Positions 23,791-36,778 of a stretch of 64,000 bases of DNA are shown in pieces. The DNA is from Octopus sinensis (lineage: Eukaryota), in the NCBI RefSeq assembly GCF_006345805.1, contig NC_042997.1:199764001-199828000 (forward strand). Reading direction: 5' to 3'. Position 1 is the stretch's first letter. The number at the start of each line of letters is the position of its first letter. Below the pieces are notes generated by a model. It was not told the DNA's origin, ran no database searches, and saw nothing but the letters and a program-made list of their open reading frames with translations. The translations under genes were made by a program, and so were the position numbers.

Positions 23791-24319
23791 AGGTTTAAAA
23801 CATGTAGATGATTGGTACAACTAACTGCAGTTACAGATAGTTTTGACTACATTTTGTTGTACAATGTAGGTTACATTGAAAAGAATGAAGAACTGTATCA
23901 TTAGTTTTTATAGAAGTCTTCTTTGAAAATGAAATATTTTTATGTGCGAACACATTGTTAGTTTCTGTGAAAAATATTTCCAGGATTCCTATTATTAAAA
24001 TAGGCCATACATTCACTGAAGTATTTCTACAGCAGAAAGTTTATTCTAAAACTAAATTGAGATCATTATTATGAGCTTGTTTCAAGTATGTCCATGTTTC
24101 TTTTAAACAGCTACAAACTATAGTACTACCACAATACATAACTGGTAATTGATTGTCTCTTACTTTTTCTGTACATTACATGGTATTTGTCCCTGATAGT
24201 TTAGTAATCAATTTGGATGTTTGGATATGTGCAAGCATTTGCACAAACCTTTGTTGATGCAGAAAATAGTTCTCCACTCACTCACTCTTCCTATCAACTC
24301 CACAATCAGTATAAACATC

Positions 24320-25110
24320 ATGAAAGGTAGATTTAGAGATTGTTAAAATGCCTCTGATCCATCAGAAATTAGTTGAGCTGCTTAAAATACCTGGTAGAGT
24401 AGGATATGAAGTAGCCACTTGTATCAATCAAGTTGTACAGGAGTTGATATACCCAGTCAAGAGTGTAACAGCATCATAGTCAACAAGGGCAAATGGGTAC
24501 CTTAGAGAGAGGTAATTACAGAATTATAAAATTGTTGGACCAGATCATAAAAGTTATCAAAAGATTTATAGCTCAATTGATTAGGAAGATTTAGTCTAGA
24601 TGAGATGTTTAGTTTTGTGTTGTGAAGTACTACTGATGCCATCTTCCTAGCAAGACAACTACAGAAGAAATACTTAACTAAGAGTAAGCTGCTGTAAATG
24701 ATGTTGGTTGCTGGGAGAAGATTTTTGACCATGTTGCTTGCTTGGAGATCCATTGATCTCCAAGCAAGCAACATGGTCCAGTGCACTATTCCAGTCACCC
24801 AGCCATGTAAAATGCAAAGTAATCTTGAATCTTCCTCACAGCAAACCTTCTCATCGACATCTCATCAGACATTAACTTCTCAACACCCCACATGATGCAA
24901 CCACCTTATCTCCTATTCTCCATCTCAAACAAGGGTACTCTTTTGTCTTGCCAAGGAAACTTGAAGTAGACAAAGGGCTTGTGAGAGCCATAAAAACCAT
25001 ATACAGTAATGCTGGCAGGAAGGTTAGAACAAGTACAATGAATTTAGTGTGCATATAGGGTGCACCAAGTTTCAGTGCTCAGTCCTCTTCTCTTTAGTCT
25101 TCCAGGTGGA
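24320..25110 (+). pseudogene. Decayed RTE RT fragment, interrupted by a fold-back and an insert
   Basis: AIFLARQLQKKYLTKSK....EKIFD (about 24640-24730), resuming at RKL.VD..LVRA.K..YS...V.IG.HQ.SVLSPLL (about 24946-25095). Confidence 0.7.
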
Positions 25111-25211
25111 TGTAATAAGAGTTTAAGACTCACTTCCTATTGACATCCATCCTTCATTCTTATCATCATTAATCCCCAGCGCCTATATTTACTATCATTA
25201 TTACCTTGATA

Positions 25212-25433
25212 CAAGGCAGCAAGCTGGCAGAATTGTTAGCAGGCTGGGCAACTTATTTAGCAGCATTTCATACATCTTTATGTTTTTTTGTTCCAAATTC
25301 AAATACTGACAATGTCGACTTCCCCTTTCATCTTTTGGGGGTTGAAAAAATTAATATCAGTTGAGTAATGTGATCAATGTAATCAACTTACTCCCTTTAC
25401 TGGAGTTGCTGGCCTTGTACCAAAATTTAAAAC
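25212..25433 (+). mobile_element. Meta/Sauria-domain-like SINE with 16-bp TSD
   Basis: AAGGCAGCAAGCTGGCAGAATTGTTAGC...GTCGACTTCCCCTTTCATCTTTTGGGGG; TSD CATTATTACCTTGATA at 25196-25211 and 25434-25449. Confidence 0.85.
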
Positions 25434-26050
25434 CATTATTACCTTGATATATTCCACCCCTGTTCTATCAAACTCTCACTCTTTACCACACTGTTGTAAC
25501 CTATAGCCTCTGCCACCACCTCATCTCCCTGCTATTCAATACATCCATTGCTCTTATCTACTGCTTTATTTTGCTGCTGCTGCTGTAAGTAATGAGATTA
25601 AGATCCCTTGCTACACACAATTTCATATCACTATTCCTATGCTGACAGTTATCACTTACTCTCTTCTGAACTATTCCCCATTGACACTCATCCCCCACAC
25701 ATACTATACTCACCACTCATATCTAACATGGATCATCTCACCCCTGTTCCCCATCTACGACATACAATAAGTATATGGCAACCTGCACCCTATGCTTACA
25801 TCCTACTGATTCCCCAATCTTCTCAAAGATTTGTTCTGGCATCCTATCACCACCATATTTACACTACTCTAGTCACCCAGCCATGTAACATGCAAAGTAG
25901 CCTTGAATCTCCCTCAAAGCAAACCTTCCCATAGACATCTCATCAGACATTAACTTCTCAACACACCACATGATGCAACCACTTTATCTCCTATTCTCCA
26001 TCTCAAACAAGGGTACTCTTTTGTCTTGCCAAGGAAACTTGAAGTAGACA

Positions 26051-26940
26051 CAATGCAGCAGTGGATCATGGACTGGCAACTCAAGCTGGCTGTGGACAAA
26101 TGTACCACCATGCATTTTGGGAGGAGAAACCCAGCGTCCACCTACTCCCTCCACAACACTAGTCTCAAAAAGTCTTCATGTGAACGTGACCTGGGTGTTA
26201 TTGTCGACAGTGATTTGCGTTGGACAAAACACATCGCTAAAATTGTCAAGAAGGCTGAGGATGTCTTGGCATCACTCACCAAATCCTTTGTGAGCCGCTC
26301 TCCAGCTATCTATCTGCGGTTTTTTATAGCTATGGTAAGACCTCACCTGGAATTTGCATCACCGGTCTGGAACCCCTATCTTGCCCAGGATATCAATCGT
26401 CTGGAAGCTGTTCAGCGATGTGCAACCAAAGGAATACCCTCCATCAGGTATTTGCCATATCCTGAACGCCTTACTTCCCTGGGCATGGACACATTGAAAC
26501 TCCGACGTCTGGCAGCTGACTTGGCAGACACCCATAAAATTATCAACCATCTTACAAACAATAACTCTGAGCACCTTTTCAAACTCCACCCATCTGACAC
26601 CCGTGGACATATTTACAAAGTAAGAAAACAGCACAGCTCCCATGACTTCAGGAAACATTTTTTCACGCTGAGAGTTGCTGAAGCATGGAACAAACTGCCG
26701 GCATCAGTTGTTAGTTGTCGGAGCACTGCATCCTTCAAAACTTCCATGCTTCCTGAGATTCGTCAACACTACACTTGATTTTCTCCCCCCCATACACACA
26801 CAAGCATGTATCTGACTCATGCATTGTTCGCTTTCCAGACATTTCTACATTACTGCATGTACTTTATATGCACTTTCTGACAAGTTGTGGTGCACCTGAG
26901 CACTGTATACAATAATCTCATTATTATTATTATTATTATA
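26051..26940 (+). mobile_element. 5'-truncated CR1-clade LINE, young, open RT C-terminus, (ATT)n tail
   Basis: About 240 uninterrupted codons: WQLKLAVDKC...CERDLGVIVDSDL...VRPHLEFASPVWNP...LKLRRLAADL...RKHFFTLRVAEAWNKLP, stop at 26778, ~150-bp 3' UTR, then (ATT)n. Confidence 0.92.
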
Positions 26941-28353
26941 AAAACCATGTTGTAACAGTGATACTGGAAAAAGATGTTATCTTTAGACCAACTGGATCCT
27001 GCTTACCATCAAACCGATGCCAGCATGGAGTGATGACAGAATGATGATAATAATAGAATGAAATGAATTTCTCGTATTTTAAACAACTGAAGCTCATAAT
27101 ATAGTGAAATTCATGAAGTTAAAATATATTAAAGGCTAGCTATGCAACAAGAAAATATGGAAATATTGTGAAGGGAGGAGCTTTTGAGTTTATTACAAGT
27201 AACGGTTGCCTGGATGAAAATGCATTACCTTTCAGTAAATTTATACTGGATGGTTTTTCTGCCTAATAGAAGCAGTCAGCTATAGAATCAAATGCAATCT
27301 GAATAGATCTGTAATAAAGCAGATCCTCTCAATATAAGTTAATTTTGCTTTATGTTGTTCACTATCTTTAATAAGTTGAGATTGTATTATATTTCACACA
27401 ACACTCAGATTATCTTTTGAGGATCAAATAAAATGTTGCTTTCGATATGAACAGAAATTACTATTGCTGTATTTGGAAATATTCTTATTGTACCAATAAT
27501 AACAGCTGCAATATGTTGCGTTGTAATGTAACAGATATCAACAAGTAGGAGAATTTTTCGAATGGCATAATCACTGCACATTTTATTATAAACAGAGTCC
27601 ACTGGAAAATTTATGGTTTGCGCTCCTAAATTATGTAGAGAATATTGCAAGATATGTATAAACCGACAAACACACACCAACTACTGTAAGAAGAAAGGTG
27701 TAGTATATTGAATAGAGTGTTAAGAGGGGTAACATACTTGAACAAATCACACACAGGGGAGATTATAGATGAAAAGTTTGAAGAACATGACTATATCAAA
27801 AGGAAACCTTCACCTATAACCTGCTTACATGTGCTAGACAAACATGACAGATCAATTAATGTTCCCAGAGGAGGGGAACATTTACATAGTCGTTTGCATT
27901 GATAGAAATAGCAACCAAACACTCTACCATCTTAAAAACATTACAGTCTAAGACATAACAATGCTTGAATAAAAAAAAAAAAAAAAAAGAGATGATAGTC
28001 ATGGTTAGAATGTCTTGGATCTGAGCAAAGATTATACAAAAATTACCTCAGAGTGTGGAAGACACCTTGAAGAATTCAGTATAGAACCAGGCACAATTTG
28101 AGTGCAGCAGCACTGATACACAATTTTATACTTAAATGGTTTAGTCAGATGAAGGAAAGTAGTACACACAGAACTAAAATACAGTAGAGAAATGTGTTAA
28201 AGGCACCTTAACCATGATATAGTGGTGCTGCTAAGTTGTAGAAATAGTTCTTACTATGTTAATTTTATTATATTTGATGTGTATACAATAAATTTATAAG
28301 CTTTGAGCTGTCAACTTTGCACAGAGAGTAAAGTTTGAAAAAATACTTGGAAT

Positions 28354-28718
28354 ACTCTTTTACTCGTTTCAGTCATTTGACTGCGGCCATGCTGGAGCAC
28401 CGCCTTTAGTCGAGCAAATCGACCCCGGGACTTATACTTTGTAAGCCCAGTACTTATTCTATCAGTCTCTTTTGCCGAACCGCTAAGTTACGGGGACGTA
28501 AACACACCAGCATCGGTTATCAAGCAATATGCTAGGGGGACAGACACATACATATATACGACAGGCTTCTTTCAGTTTCCATCTACCAAATCCACTCACA
28601 AGGCATTGGTCGGCCTGGGGCTATAGCAGAAGACACTTGCCCAAGATGCCATGCAGTGGGACTGAACCCGGAACCATGTGGTTGGTTAGCAAGCTACTTA
28701 CCACACAGCCACTCCTGC
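28354..28718 (-). mobile_element. Young CORE-SINE, tail type A
   Basis: Nearly identical to 22229-22625. Confidence 0.92.
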
Positions 28719-29974
28719 GTGAATATTTATACAAACTTCATAATCTTGATTAACAATAGCATTTTTGTGCTGAGAGATAATTATTCTGATTCTAATACTT
28801 AACTACAACTTTATTTTATCAACTTGCAAACAGGATTTGAACCACAAGTATAAGGGAATGTAGCTAAATACTTTAACTATTTTATCTTACGCTCTGCCAG
28901 TTCACTGCCCTTTCATATATAAATGATTATAAATAACATGTGGCATTTTCAGTTACTGCTGAGCCACACTGCCACAAGAAAACTAGACATTAAAGCAATC
29001 AAACAAGAATACACAAAACAAAAAGATAGGAAAAATATTGGAGGAATAAGCAAGGAAACCCACCCACCTTATAACAACATCCCTACAAGTTTTTGAACTA
29101 GGCCATAAACTATAACCTGTAGACATTGATTTGAAGGTGGTGATAATGTATAATGTAATGTAAAAGGAAAGAGACCATGAAAGATTGAAGAAGAGAGAAT
29201 GATGTAAGGAAAAGGTAAAAAATATACATAATGGACAATACCAAGCAAAGCAACAACAAAATATCTTTTTAAAAAAATGAAGAGAAAAGAAAATGCTAGA
29301 CAGAAAAGAAAAAACTGGAAAAAGAACGAACTAATGATAAGACTATTTTGCGAAAGAGAGAGACAATGTGCATATGTGTGTGTATGTGTATATATATATA
29401 GAGAGAGAGAGAGAATGAAAGAAGTGGAGAGAGGTAATCGTATGCATATAAGAAAGAAAAATAGTAAATCAAAATATTCTCATAGCCTACACAGTAAGTT
29501 ATTAGTAATTGGAGTTGAAGCAGATGCAGTGAAGTAGGATGTATGTGGTTATATTGTAAAGTTATGAAATGCTTTGATACTTGGCAATATGCTGTTTCTT
29601 TTATCCTTATGTACCAGTGTTTAACCCATCTCAGTACAGGTTCTGCATTCATGCATAGCATTGCTACTAAGATGTTTCATCAATCAACACATTACTCAAT
29701 TTGACATCAGAAGCCAGTCAATGGTAGTCAGATCTTGAAGGCCTTGTTTCCTTAACAAGAAGGTTAATAACACTAAGTGAAATTTGAAATCTAATTTCAA
29801 AGAACCAGAACAGGCACCACATTGCAGCTTATCTAATGCCTTATCAATTTCCACCTATTTACTGTTCTGAACTGGTACTTTATCTAACTCAAAATAAAAT
29901 TTTTTAAAAATTCAAAACTGACCTCAGATTTGAGTTCAGAGCACTGAGAGCTGAAACAAATAATTGGTACTCTG

Positions 29975-30290
29975 TCAGTTACAACAATAAGGGCTCCAGT
30001 TGATCCGATCTCAGAACAGCCTTCTCGTGAAATTAATATGCAAGTGGCCAAGTACTATACAGACTCACATGCCCTTAACATAGTTCTCAGGGAGATTCAG
30101 CATGACACAGAATACAATAAGGCAGGCCCTTTGAAATAGAGGTGCTACCCAATTTTGCCAGTGTAGTGGAGAGGAGCAATGTGAAATAAAGTGTCTTGCT
30201 CAAGGACACAACACACCACTGGGAATTTAACACACAACCTTACAATCATGAGTTGAATACCTTAACCACAAAGTCACACACCCACATGTT
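29975..30290 (-). mobile_element. OK-like SINE, degenerate
   Basis: CAGTTGATCCGATC...GAAATTAATATGCAAGTGGC...GTGTCTTGCTCAAGGACACAACAC, head near 30250. Confidence 0.7.
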
Positions 30291-31187
30291 AAAGCACACC
30301 ACAAGGAATTCTACTGAACACTAATAACTCTGGTCAATTCACCTTAACACATTTATTAAATGTAAAAATGTAAATAAAATAGAACAGAAATTATTGTAAA
30401 TATAGCATTTGTATTTAAAATGGCTCTACTATGATGCAATATGTCTTTCACTTCCAACTAACAGATTATCTCAGATAAAAATCACTTGCCAAACAAGTGA
30501 AACAAAAGAATTTTTATAATTGGCAATCAAAAAATTATTCTCAAACAAGCAATAAAAATAATTTTAAAATTTTAGAAATACACATATTAAAAACACTAAA
30601 GTTAAAATAAATAAAAAATTGCTATGAAGTAGCTATTTAAGTTTGCTTCTGTATTATTATTGAGACAAAGCCTGGAAACTTAACAGAGTCAAGAAAACAT
30701 AACAGGATATGGAGACAGAATTTATTATTATTTTTAAGAGGCAGGAGAAAAAAAAAGCTTCAATTTATTTGCTTTTACAACTTTACCCCTGAGCTGCAAA
30801 TATTCAATTTCAGTTCCACTCATTTAAGTTTTGCAATAATACAGGGTTACCTTAACCTTCTTGCATAATCTGAGCCTATCTTTAACAGCAGCTGTTAACA
30901 AAGTTTTTAATCAATACTACAATAAATGAAAGTTACAACTTTATATAAAAGGCTGCCCATTTTATCATGGTTGGCATATTTGATTTTTGTTTATAGTATT
31001 TTAAAAACATAATTGTTTTCTTAGATGAGTCTACTTCCAAATATCACACATCAATTTAGATACACCTTTAATGTGCTTTTAATATGTCACACAAAACAGA
31101 ACGATTTATTCTAATTAATTATTGGATGCCTCCCAAATATTGGAAACTGATTTTTAAATTTTGGTGTCAAAAATAGTATTAACATCA

Positions 31188-31547
31188 TTGCCATTTAATG
31201 TCCATTTTCTATGCTTGCATGGGTCACATAGAATGTTTTGAGGCAAATTTTCTATGGCTGGATGCCCTTCCTGTCACCAAGCCTCATCTGTTTCCAAAGA
31301 AAGTAATATTCCCCATGGAAGACTGGAAATAAACAATATCATTTGTTTTATAACCACTACATGATGTCAAGATGAGGTATACACACATATACAACAAGTT
31401 TCATTCAATTTTTGTCTTCTAAATACACAAAAAAGGCTTTGGTCAACCTGAGGCTATAGTATAAGACACTTGCCCAAGGTGTCACACAGTGGAACTGAAC
31501 CCAAGGCCACATAGTTGGGAAACAAGCTTTTTAACCACACTGCTACG
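31188..31547 (-). mobile_element. CORE-SINE head with RTE-type tail (type B)
   Basis: Head/CORE (GACACTTGCCCAAGGTGTC..GGAACTGAACCC) joined to a CATTTAATGTCCATTTTCTATGCTTGCATGGG tail. Confidence 0.75.
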
Positions 31548-32337
31548 CAAAAAATATCAAGGTACAATTGATAAAAATGTTCACTAAAATGTTTCAGCCC
31601 CTTTGACACCAAACTACTCAAGACCATCCCTAGTTCTCTAACACAAATCCTCCTGCTCTAAAGTGCCGAAGATTAAAACTTCCATCAAAATTTTATGTTA
31701 ATTAATGGTGAAAACATAAGCTTAATAACAACAAAGTTATTTTAATAAATTCTTCATTATTTTCAAAATTAATTGAAACAAAGACTTGTATTAGAACAGA
31801 AATATGGTAATAAAAGGTTACTATTCATCTTTGGTGAATGATAGCATAATTCACTTTTTGGTGAATGACATATATGGTTATCGATATCCAGTGGACCAAA
31901 CACAAGTTCACTGAACTTTTGATGGTGTGAATGATAAAGGAATGTCTGCAAAACAGAACAAATATCATTTGAAAAGTATCCATATTTTTGGCCAAAGTCC
32001 TCCACCATTGGATCAAACCTGTTACCAAATCACACACAGCCATTCATATGTCTGTTATTACTATACTTATCTTTTTATACATTTGTAATAATATAATTCT
32101 TTGTAGAATTACTCTGTATAATTACACAATTTCAATATTAACACACAGCAAATACCAAAAGCATTTTATCACAGATTTTGATGTTGTAATAGCTAAAATG
32201 ATTTGTAAATTCCAAAATATTCATTTTGTAAATTTAGTCTAGTCATAAACTGCAATATTTAACTATGATTATATTGTTGAGAACTTGAAAATAGGATGAA
32301 GAAATAACCAGAATGTCAGTGAATCAATGTGAAAAAA

Positions 32338-32707
32338 TGGCTGTGTTGTAAGTAGCTTGCTTACCAACCACATGGTTCTAGGTTCAGTCTGACTGTGTGA
32401 CACCTTGGGCAAGTGCCTTCTACTATAGCTTTGGGCCAACCAAAGCCCTGTGAGTTGGTTTGGTAGACGGAAACTGAAAAAAGCACGTCATGTGTGTGTG
32501 TGTGTGTGCATGTGTTCCCCCACCACAACATTGCTTGACAACCGATGCTGGTGTGTTTATGTCTCTGTAACTTAGCAATTCAGCAAGAGAGACTGATAGA
32601 ATAAGTACTAGGCTTACAAAGAATAAGTTCTGGGATCAATTTGCTTGACTAAAGGCAGTGCTCCAGCATGGTTACAGACAAATGACCAAAACAAATAAAA
32701 GAATAAA
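32338..32707 (+). mobile_element. CORE-SINE, tail type A
   Basis: TGGCTGTGTTGTAAGTAGCTTGC...CTTGGGCAAGTG...GTGCTCCAGCATGG. Confidence 0.85.
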
Positions 32708-34798
32708 CCATTTTTTCCCTCATTTCTTTTGAATGCAGAAGGCAGGTGCCTGTGACCCATGCATTCCCAACACAAGCTGTTACAGTCAGTGCAGTTGATA
32801 TTCAGTTTGAACTTCTGTAAATTGATGTCTATAGGGAAAATATGGGCAGAAGTGAGCTCCAAGAAAGATGTACTTGTGGGTAGGAAACATTGGACAAAGC
32901 ATATAATGTTGGGTTTATGAAGTGAAACACTATTCAGATGACAAGAAGAGCTAAGATGCACACCTTGGGTAGAATTAGCACAAAACTGATTAGTTTATAG
33001 AACAGTGAAGTAATCGTAGAAGAGACAGAAAAAAAAAAAAAACAGTGTACCTATCTGCTATTACTTTACAATAAATTGATGAGTAAATATTTTCCAGTCA
33101 ACCAGATGGTTATTTTTACAATTACATTCTAGGGTGTTTACTTCCATGTGTGGCAACAGTACACCAATAGTCCCAGATATTTGATCAGTGTACTAACATG
33201 GGTTACACTTCCAACTCACTGACTGATCAGGGCTGAAGTATTTTCAAGCCCTGAAACAGGAAACCGTTCTTGCAATAGTTTTGATGTAGTTTAGCACTTA
33301 TAAGAAGTTTGAGATTTTCAGATGTGCTGTTTATAAACAGAGAAGATGTATTACTGTATTTTGCTTTTTTCTTTGTCCTTTTGAAATCTATTTCCCACAT
33401 GGATTCTATGTAGCCAGAGACATTAGCATCAGGTGCTGTTAAAGGAGTTTAGTTCGTTTTGACTATTGGAAGATATTTTCAAGATGTTTATTCTCTGAAT
33501 TGGCACAAGTTTAATATGAGATGTCTCGACTGCATACAGCTATATATAGAATGTTTTATCAGGGTGATATTTTATGCATAGAATTTGATGTAATATTGAG
33601 AAAATAATTACTGCACAGAAGGAAGATTGGTCGAGACATGACTAAACAATGAAACACACAAGAGTTCATAAAGAGAGCTTTATCAATACCTACAGCTGTG
33701 GAGAGTCTAACTGGAAAGTTCAGATTTAAGAGATCAGAAACATTCAAAATCCATAAGTAGTTAGTTCACATGAGACACAAAAAATATTTACATTACACTC
33801 ATCAAACATCTTAAAGGCTGGAATGTCTCACACAAAGGAGATCTTCTGAAATGTAGATGACCTGGCACTATGGAAACTACAATGATGGTTACAAGAGAAT
33901 GGAATGATTCTCAAAGTGTTAACAGATAGACATTATTTAAGTGCTTTCCATATCTGAGCTCTCAAAATTGGAGGACAGTAGTTGCTTGATCTTTTCAGGG
34001 GTGAGGTGTTATCATGCATATTTCCAGAGAGGAAGGAGACTGAAGTGGCTTAGGAGTACACTGTTTAATGGAGTGATTGGAGAAGGTTTTACACATAGGA
34101 GCCATGTGCATCTAGTTGTGAATTAAATAAGAACAAGAGTACTGCAGAAAATATTTGATCACTTTGTATCCAGAAGCGATATAATAAATAACATAACTGA
34201 AGAGTGGTAAGTAGGAAAAATAAGTAGAGTTCTTCTTAGAAACAGTTCAGAAAACCTTCATACAGTTTCGAAGGTAAAAGTAATGGTCATACCATGCTTA
34301 ATAAACACTTTTCAGATGGAAAGATTTGCTCAAAGACAGTGTCTATTTTTCTGGACGCAACAGTGCAACTGCATGGATACAACTGGAGAGTGGTGGGTTT
34401 GATTATGCAGAGAAGAGAATCATAAGATTTTATATCAGTCAACTACTAAGCTGCCCTAGATGACTCAGAGGGCTTTTGCCAAGAAATGAGCAAAACTCCA
34501 AACAGTAAGCTGGCTTGAAGTACTAGAGTGTATGATGGTATGATAGAAGGTAGTGATCAGGTAATCTGAGAGGCGATGGTTGGGTAAAGATTAATTCAGA
34601 TGATTAAAGTCAAAATTTTCAGGTGAGTTAGAATCAATGAGGGAAATGAATGACTGGTGATAGTAACTGGTGTAGACAGCAAATGTAGGAGGATTGTAAG
34701 ACCAAAAGTAGAAGTGCGCATTGGGTTTCAAAGGGAAATGCAGTAAGGCACATCATTAATGTGGTATGAGAGATACTTGAAACAACTGGGAAGTTTAA

Positions 34799-35006
34799 CC
34801 CTTTAGTGTTCAGATTATTCTATCAAACATAATGCTTATTGATTCCCATTGACTTGAATTAATCATGCATTATCTCATATCTTCAAGATCTTGATGGTGT
34901 AATTACTTAATGTAGAATAACATTGTAGGGTAAGTGTGAGGGCCTGTTTGAACATAAAACAGATTAAATATTTTGGCCAGATATGGCTGGTTTAAATACT
35001 AAAGGG
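34799..35006. mobile_element. 208-bp TTAA MITE (piggyBac-type)
   Basis: TTAA at 34795-34798 and 35007-35010; TIR CCCTTTAGT / ACTAAAGGG; related copy at 55344-55564. Confidence 0.82.
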
Positions 35007-35584
35007 TTAAAAACAGTCAAAGCAACAAGATACGTATTAAAAAATGGATAAGAATAGCCTTGAACTTGAGTAACTAAGTCTAATATTGAGTGAGTGAAAT
35101 GATTGATTGAGAATATGGATTCTATGTAGCCAGAGACATTAGCATCAGGAAGAAAGTTAGAGTATAGAGTTTAGTCATAATAACAGAGATATCTACTATA
35201 TTATATTAAAGATAAAGTAATTATTGAATATATTGTAAGTTATCTCAATTAAGTGTTAAAGCAAAATTAAATGATATTAAATCTCTTTTTAAAGTTAATA
35301 TTTCATTTCCGTCATTTGATTGCATGATCTGTCATTATTTATTGTTAATAATGAATTAAAAGGAATATGAAAACACGTTTATGGCAATAGCTGTTTTCTG
35401 TCAAAATGTATGCTAATTTGTAAGATTGAACATATTTAAAAGCAATCCTGGATGTGAGAATACTGAAACAAAGTAACAATTTGAAAATATCCTGGTTCAT
35501 GTTGTGATTTTATTTAGAAATATATCTAACGAAGATGATGTCAGGTCATTTGTTGAAGATTTTTATATCAAATAAGCAAATATA

Positions 35585-35915
35585 TGTCCGTGTCGGTGGC
35601 ACATTCAAAGCACCATCCGAATCGTGGTCGAAGCCAGTGCTGCCTCGACTGGCTTCCGTGCAGGTGGCACGTAAAATGCACCAATCCGACCGTTGCCGAT
35701 GCCAGCCTCGCCTGGCACCAGTGCAGGTGGCACGTAAAAAGCACCCACTACACTCACGGAGTGGTTGGCGTTAGGAAGGGCATCCAGCTGTAGAAACATT
35801 GCCAGATAAGACCGGAGCCTGGTGCAGCCTTCTGGCTTCCCAGATCCCCAGTCGAACCGTCCAACCCATGCTAGCATGGAGAACGGACTTTAAACGATGA
35901 TGATGATGATGATGA
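35585..35915 (+). mobile_element. Young RTE-type 3'-end repeat
   Basis: ...GTGGTTGGCGTTAGGAAGGGCATCCAGCTGTAGAAAC...CATGGAGAACGGACTTTAAACGATGATGATG; internal repeat GCAGGTGGCACGTAAAA. Confidence 0.88.
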
Positions 35916-36524
35916 TCTACCATAAGGTGCAGTTGTTGTTGTGTGAGGAACTGTGTGCCACAGTAACCCTGAGAAGTATGCCTGCAGAGCACAAACTCCT
36001 GGCAGGGTCACATGTGCTTGATAGGTCAAAGGAAAGAGGCTCAATGAATATGGACCATCTCTTCCTAGAGGTGAAAATGGATTTGCAGAGAGCCAGCAAT
36101 TAGTAAAAATCAATGTTACAGAAGCATTGATGGTGAATCAAAACCAACAAGACCTGGGAGATAAGATTTCCCAGAGTCATGAACACTAGAGAAAAGTTGT
36201 CAAAAGCCTACACTCTCCAGGGAGTGAAGGGCTTAAGTATGTGAGGATAAGGATTTAAGAAAAGAAAAGACTTGGCAAATATAAAATACACAACCACCAA
36301 CTTTCAAATCTTCACCTGTAGAATAGTCTGTTAACTCTTGCACAACAATTCCATATAGAAAAATACTAAATGCAGAATGACTCCACAATTGCTGCACTAA
36401 GGAAGCAGTTTACAAAATATCCTATGATATTCACTCTCAGAAGTAGCCTAATTTAGCAATGTGATAACAAAACTACACTTATAGCAATGGTTTATCTGGA
36501 ATTATTCAAGATGAGACCATAGGA

Positions 36525-36549
<25 letters not shown>

Positions 36550-36555
<6 letters not shown>

Positions 36556-36755
36556 ATCCAAACAAGAAAACACAAAAAAAACACAGCAACGCGAGGACAT
36601 GGAACAAATAAAGTATTATTGGACGCTCAGGAAAGAAGGGAAGAAGGAGGGTTTAACGTTTCGAGCGGAGTTCTTCGTCGGAAATAGAGGAGAAGGAAAG
36701 ATCCCGAGAAGGGAAGACAGAAGAAAAAAATTGCTGGCGGTGCTCACGAGGTCAC
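36550..36755 (-). mobile_element. Short Penelope-like relic with hammerhead-like motif
   Basis: Abuts (TA)n; the minus strand has TTT-CCGACGA-A-GAAC TCC GCTC-GAAAC-GT-T-AAA (36652-36684). Confidence 0.55.
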
Positions 36756-36778
36756 GTGTGTGTGTGTGTGTGTGTGAG

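Noticed and set aside
26359-26658. Antisense ORFs over CR1 copies (also 41842-42030 and 50897-51388)
   Set aside because: Shadow frames of the RT coding strand.
31769-32043. Two overlapping open frames on the minus strand, with an acceptor-like TTCTGTTTTGCAG
   Set aside because: Neither peptide is recognisable, and no consistent exon borders could be established.
33300-34450. Possible very old L2/CR1 RT relic (similar hints at 54880-55290 and 60500-61050)
   Set aside because: Only faint motif echoes across many stops; I cannot support them without an HMM search.
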